Origin: Longimicrobiales bacterium | GTDB taxonomy: Bacteria > Gemmatimonadota > Gemmatimonadetes > Longimicrobiales > Gaopeijiaceae | Direction: 5' to 3' | Assembly (NCBI GenBank): GCA_963422615.1 | Contig: OY730414.1 | Coordinates: 186,001-250,000 of the forward strand | Length of the DNA stretch: 64,000 nucleotides | In this document: positions 59,591 through 64,000 of the stretch, in pieces | Layout: every line of letters begins with the position of its first letter | How positions within the stretch are numbered: position 1 is the first letter of the stretch | Program-made: the position numbers and the translations under genes | Notes under the pieces: generated by a model | The model's input: only the letters and a program-made list of their open reading frames with translations | Database searches by the model: none | What the model was told of the DNA's origin: nothing

Positions 59591-61399
59591 TCACTCCCTT
59601 TGGGGGAGGGTCTTGTCCCCGGTGTGGGTAAGATCCTGCTCCAGGAGTTGCCGCCGCAGAAGCGAAGCGTAAACACCTCCCAGGGCCACAAGCGCCTCGT
59701 GGCGTCCCCGCTCGGCAATCCGCCCCTCGTCGATCACCAGGATCAGGTCGGCGTCCTTCACAGCGGTGACCCGGTGGGAAATGATGAACGCGGTGCGTCC
59801 CTTCAGTTCGTTTCGCAGGCCTCGCAGAATCCGCCCCTCGGTTCGGGTATCCACGGCGCTCAGCACGTCGTCCAGGATCAGGATCGGAGGATCCACGGCC
59901 AGGGCACGAGCCAGGGTCGTACGTTGTTTCTGCCCTCCCGACAGGTTGATCCCCCGCTCCCCCAACAGCGTATCGTATCCGTCGGGGAACGCCTGGACGG
60001 TTTCGTGGAGGTAGGCCGCTCGGGCAGCGCGACGGATCCGTCGCTTGCGGGCTTCTCCGTCCACGGACTCAGGGATGCCCAGGGCGATGTTCCGTCCCAA
60101 CCGGTCGGAGAACAGAAAGCTGTCCTGGAGCGCGGAACCGATCCGGGTCCGCAGCGCCGCGGGATCGTACTCAGGAAGCGAGACGCCGTTGAGCAGGACC
60201 TCCCCGGTGGTGGGATCGTGGAGGCGGGCAATGAGGGAGACAAGGGTGCTTTTTCCGGATCCGGTGGGGCCGACAATGGCAACCGTGCGTCCCGGCTCTG
60301 CCGTAAAGGACACGTTCTTCAGCACGAGACGGTCCGTGCCGGGATAGCGGAAGGAGACGTTTCTGAATTCGATCTCCGCATTCCCTTCAGGCATCGGCCG
60401 CGGAGCTTTCGGCGCCGTGACTTCGGGCTCGACTTCGAAAATGCGATTGAGGCGCCCCATGGACGCCGCGCCCCGCTGGAAGAGGTTGACCACCCACCCC
60501 AGGGCGATCATGGGCCAAGCCAGCAGCGCCAAGTAGAAGGAGAAGGCGACAAAGTCACCTGTGCTGATGACGCCGGCCATGATTTGCCCACCCCCGTACC
60601 AAAGCACAAGGACCATGGCCCCCCCGGTCACCAGCCCCAGAACCGGATGAAACGCCCCCGAAGCGTACATCAGGCGCATGTTGTACATTAGATAGTTGCG
60701 ATTCAAGGCGTCGAACTCCCTTGCCTGGGCGCCTTCCTGACCGTAAGCCCGCACGATGCGTACACCAGCCAAGTTCTCCTGCACCATCGTCGACAGCGTC
60801 GAGAACTGTTCTTGAATGCGCTCGAAGCGGCGATGGATCACCTGCCCGAACCGAATCACGACGGGAGGCAGGATGGCCATGGGAACCAGGGCGACGAGGG
60901 TGAGCCGGGGGCTGATCCAGATCATCGGAGCCAAGCCGAGAACGAAGTTCACAACGGTATTCGCGGAGTACATGACGGCAGGTCCCGCTGCCTGGCGAAC
61001 GGCCAAGGTGTCGTTCGTCGCCCGGCTCATCAGATCGCCGGTTCGGGTCCGGTCGTAGAATCCGGCGTCCAGGGTCAGGAGGTGCTTCAGGAAGTCGTTC
61101 CGCAGGTCCACTTCGATCCGTCGGCTCAGGCCGTTCATGATCTCTCGCATCCCATACCGGGCCGCGCCCCCCACCAAAGCCACGCCAACAATGAGAAGGG
61201 CGTAGAAGGCGATGGTCCTTTTGGTTGCCTCCGGATCGGCTCCGGCGCCAACGTCGGCGGGCAGCGCATCGATGGCCAGTTTCAGGAGATAGGGGTTGGC
61301 CAGGGTGAACCCATTGGCGAGGACCACAAGAATCAACCCCCAAGCCATGGCCCTCCTGTAGGGTCGAAAGTAGGGCAGAACGGTTCTGAGTTGGTCCAT
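59591..61399 (-). CDS. ABC exporter, fused permease/ATPase (MdlA-like)
   Basis: TM domain with TGDLMSRATND; GPTGSGKST, LSGGQKQR, ILDD, ISHR. Confidence 0.92.
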   Translation of the reverse strand: MDQLRTVLPYFRPYRRAMAWGLILVVLANGFTLANPYLLKLAIDALPADVGAGADPEATKRTIAFYALLIVGVALVGGAARYGMREIMNGLSRRIEVDLRNDFLKHLLTLDAGFYDRTRTGDLMSRATNDTLAVRQAAGPAVMYSANTVVNFVLGLAPMIWISPRLTLVALVPMAILPPVVIRFGQVIHRRFERIQEQFSTLSTMVQENLAGVRIVRAYGQEGAQAREFDALNRNYLMYNMRLMYASGAFHPVLGLVTGGAMVLVLWYGGGQIMAGVISTGDFVAFSFYLALLAWPMIALGWVVNLFQRGAASMGRLNRIFEVEPEVTAPKAPRPMPEGNAEIEFRNVSFRYPGTDRLVLKNVSFTAEPGRTVAIVGPTGSGKSTLVSLIARLHDPTTGEVLLNGVSLPEYDPAALRTRIGSALQDSFLFSDRLGRNIALGIPESVDGEARKRRIRRAARAAYLHETVQAFPDGYDTLLGERGINLSGGQKQRTTLARALAVDPPILILDDVLSAVDTRTEGRILRGLRNELKGRTAFIISHRVTAVKDADLILVIDEGRIAERGRHEALVALGGVYASLLRRQLLEQDLTHTGDKTLPQRE

Positions 61400-61488
61400 T
61401 TTCAGAAAGTCTGGAGTTGCGACCGGGTGGGCGAAGATAGTGAACTTGAAGCACGATGCGGGATTTCAAGCGGACATCGGAGGTTACG

Positions 61489-62439
61489 GTGAAGACGGCG
61501 AACGTTCGGTTCGGAAGCTGGGTCGCTCTGGTCGCAATGGTCCTCTCTTGCGGCCGGGACGCCGGGCCCCCTGCCGGCGAAACGGCGTCGGATACCCCTT
61601 CTGCCGGCCCGCAAGGCGGGAGCGGCCCCGTCGGACAGACGGACGCGGGAGAGCGGGACGACCCGGCTAGCGGGGCAAGCTTCGAAGCCCCTGCCGGAAC
61701 CGAGGAACGCCCGGATGATCCGGAAACGCTCCTGACCGCCTACGACGACTCCAAAGCCGCCCAGAGACAAGTCGGGGGCCTGGAATCGAAGATGCAGAGG
61801 GACAGCATTCGGCAAGACAGCCTCCGGCAGGAGGTCCTTCCGGAGATCGGGGGAGAGAGGGGTCGCCGGCCGACATTCGGGACTGGGGAGATGATCCGCG
61901 TCCCCGCAGGAACCCGGATCACCGTAGCGGCCGACGAAGAGATCTCAACGGAGACCCACCCGACCGGCGCGGCCGTGGTCACCACCCTCGCCGAAGACGT
62001 AACCACCCCGGACGGGACGGTCCTCATCCCCAGATGCACCAAAGTTCTGGGCCGAGTGACCGCGTCCGAAAGCTCGTACGGTCCCGGGGAGGATCCGGTT
62101 CTGGAGATCGACTTCGAGACCCTGTCGGCGGCGACCTACGAACGGCCCGTTCGGACCATCGCCACCCGGATGGAAGTGCGCCTGGGAAGGAGGAACGGAC
62201 CCGTCAACGATTTTCCGGTCCCCGGAGTGATCCCCGCCGGGGACGTGATCGTCGTCGAACTTCGGGCGCTGCGGGTCCCGCTTTGGCCCGACACCGGCAT
62301 CGCAGCACCCGCCCGTGATTCGTCGCAACGCCCCGGCGATTCCCCTGCCCCCGGGGAGCGGCCGGATTCCCTCGATCCCTTGGCGGATGGGCTCACCCTG
62401 TCGGGGCCTGATCGAATGGGATGCTGGACACCCGTCTGA
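61489..62439 (+). CDS. Hypothetical lipoprotein with TrbI/VirB10-like beta region
   Basis: VLSC lipobox; VPAGTRITV...IPRCTKVLGRV pattern. GTG start inferred. Confidence 0.5.
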   Translation: MKTANVRFGSWVALVAMVLSCGRDAGPPAGETASDTPSAGPQGGSGPVGQTDAGERDDPASGASFEAPAGTEERPDDPETLLTAYDDSKAAQRQVGGLESKMQRDSIRQDSLRQEVLPEIGGERGRRPTFGTGEMIRVPAGTRITVAADEEISTETHPTGAAVVTTLAEDVTTPDGTVLIPRCTKVLGRVTASESSYGPGEDPVLEIDFETLSAATYERPVRTIATRMEVRLGRRNGPVNDFPVPGVIPAGDVIVVELRALRVPLWPDTGIAAPARDSSQRPGDSPAPGERPDSLDPLADGLTLSGPDRMGCWTPV

Positions 62440-63365
62440 CGGAGCAGCGGAATCCTCGCAGCGCGGCCATCGACAGCCTGGCGCCCTTGGAAATCGTCGG
62501 ACTCATCAACGAGGAGGACCGCTCGGTGGCGCCCGCGGTCGGCCGGGAAGCCGAAGCCATTGCCCGGGCCGTTGAGCTGGCCGTCGAGAGCTTCCGGGCC
62601 GGGGGGCGGCTCATATACATAGGCGCCGGGACATCGGGGCGGCTGGGCGTTCTCGACGCCGCCGAAATGCCGCCCACCTACGGGACCGACCCGAATCTTG
62701 TCCAGGGCGTCATTGCCGGAGGCTTCGAGGCCCTGGTACGGGCCCAGGAGGGGGCGGAGGACCACCCGGAGGACGGAGCTGCCGCCATGGACGAAAAGGG
62801 CGTCGCAGAGACCGACTTTGTCATCGGGATCGCATCATCGGGCACAACGCCGTTCGTACACGGGGCCTTGGCGCGGGCCCGGGAGCGGGGCGCACGCACG
62901 GGCTTCCTCCTCTGCACCCCCCCCTCCGAGGCCTTGCTGGGCCGACACGACGTGGTTATTGCGCCCCTGACGGGCCCCGAGGTCATCACCGGGTCGACTC
63001 GGATGAAGGCCGGGACCGCAACCAAGATGGTCCTCAACACCATCACCACCGGAGCCATGGTCCTGTACGGCAAGGTAGACGGAAATCTCATGGTCGATCT
63101 TCAGGTAACGTGCCAGAAACTGCAGGACCGGGGGGAGAGGATCCTGATGGCGACCCTGGGGCTCGGCCGAGAAGATTCCCGCACTCTGCTGGCGGAGGCC
63201 CGGGGCCACGTGAAGACGGCCCTCGTGATGCACCGCCTCGACCTGGGGGCCGCGGAAGCTCGGGAGGCCCTTGAAGAGGCCGGGGGCGTCGCCGCGGCGG
63301 CGGAAGTAACCGGACCAACCCGCCCCGGGGGCCATCGTGGAAGGATTGTCGATGGCGACGGGTGA
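62421..63365 (+). CDS. murQ: N-acetylmuramic acid 6-phosphate etherase
   Basis: TEQRNP, GAGTSGRLGVLDAAE, EGAED, GPEVITGSTRMKAGTATK, NLMVD. Confidence 0.95.
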   Translation: MLDTRLTEQRNPRSAAIDSLAPLEIVGLINEEDRSVAPAVGREAEAIARAVELAVESFRAGGRLIYIGAGTSGRLGVLDAAEMPPTYGTDPNLVQGVIAGGFEALVRAQEGAEDHPEDGAAAMDEKGVAETDFVIGIASSGTTPFVHGALARARERGARTGFLLCTPPSEALLGRHDVVIAPLTGPEVITGSTRMKAGTATKMVLNTITTGAMVLYGKVDGNLMVDLQVTCQKLQDRGERILMATLGLGREDSRTLLAEARGHVKTALVMHRLDLGAAEAREALEEAGGVAAAAEVTGPTRPGGHRGRIVDGDG

Positions 63366-64000
63366 CCCCCGGTGGGGCATCCTTCGGAAGGATAGAACCG
63401 CATTGGCGTTCGTCGTCGCCATCCACTTGATCTTCGCCTTCGCCACGTGGATGCCGGCCATTCATACGGGTGGCGACAACGCCGCCTACGTCTCCCTGGC
63501 TCATTCCCTCGCCCAGAACGGCTCGTATCAGGAAGTGTGGTCTCCGGGGACACCTCTGCACACCAAGTATCCGCCGGTGTACCCCGCCGCCCTGGCCCTC
63601 CTGATCCTCTCCGGCGCAAAAACGTGGGGAAGCCTCAAGGCCGCCTCGGTGGTGTTCACGGGGATTTCGACGGTCTTTTGTTTCCTCTGGGTCCGGAGGA
63701 TCCGCAACGTTCGAACCGCAACGGTGGTCGCAGCGCTGTTCGGTATGGCGCCTGCGGTTCTCTTCGCCTCCCGGTGGATCCTGTCCGATCCCCTGTTTCT
63801 CGCCCTGACCCTGGGCTGCTGCTGGCTCCTGTCGCCCCCAAAGGGAGTGTCGCCAAAGGGAGGGCCTTCCGGAAAATCCCCGGACGACCCGGAAGCGATT
63901 CGGCTGCCAACCGCCCCGCAGGTAGCGGCGGGACTCGCTCTGGCCACCCTCGCCTACTTTACGCGGTCGGCGGGATTGCCGCTGATCGCCGCGGTCCTCC
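63352..64000 (+). CDS. GT-C superfamily (ArnT/GT39-like) membrane glycosyltransferase, truncated by window end
   Basis: Read by hand from ATG 63352: TM1, then GGDNAAYVSLAHSLA...HTKYPPVYPAALA, further TM helices and LSDPLF. Confidence 0.65.
   Translation, partial: MATGDPRWGILRKDRTALAFVVAIHLIFAFATWMPAIHTGGDNAAYVSLAHSLAQNGSYQEVWSPGTPLHTKYPPVYPAALALLILSGAKTWGSLKAASVVFTGISTVFCFLWVRRIRNVRTATVVAALFGMAPAVLFASRWILSDPLFLALTLGCCWLLSPPKGVSPKGGPSGKSPDDPEAIRLPTAPQVAAGLALATLAYFTRSAGLPLIAAVL

Noticed and set aside
61489..62439. Type IV secretion locus
   Set aside because: Only a VirB10-like beta pattern is present, with no other T4SS genes.
1..64000. CRISPR array, rRNA, transposase, reverse transcriptase
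   Set aside because: None recognised in intergenic sequence or the ORF track; manual reading could miss degenerate elements.

Overview
High-GC bacterial chromosomal window; the gene repertoire suggests Gemmatimonadota, which is an inference only. It carries an AddAB-type helicase-nuclease pair, a Tat-exported phosphoesterase, an RCK-type K+ channel, and an HTH-ImmA/IrrE + DUF4411(PIN) module just downstream of tRNA-Val(TAC). Further on are a run of secreted peptidases and amidohydrolases, a Tat-less molybdopterin oxidoreductase operon (4Fe-4S/NrfD fusion, catalytic subunit, TorD, SulP, MBL hydrolase), a Rieske oxygenase, two serine hydrolases, a fused 2-oxoacid dehydrogenase E1, coaE, nrnA, ccdA, an ABC exporter and murQ. 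The clearest accessory element is a complete, lower-GC four-gene type I Zorya anti-phage locus (zorABCD, 49989-57549). Zorya is a known system, but here it sits inside an apparent housekeeping operon with 18-bp and 11-bp gaps and no mobility gene. The best candidates for undescribed biology are the ImmA/IrrE-DUF4411 module, the Mo-enzyme/SulP operon, and a beta-lactamase-VanX fusion missing its catalytic SxxK segment. No CRISPR array, rRNA, integrase or transposase was seen. All calls come from reading motifs by eye; no searches were run.
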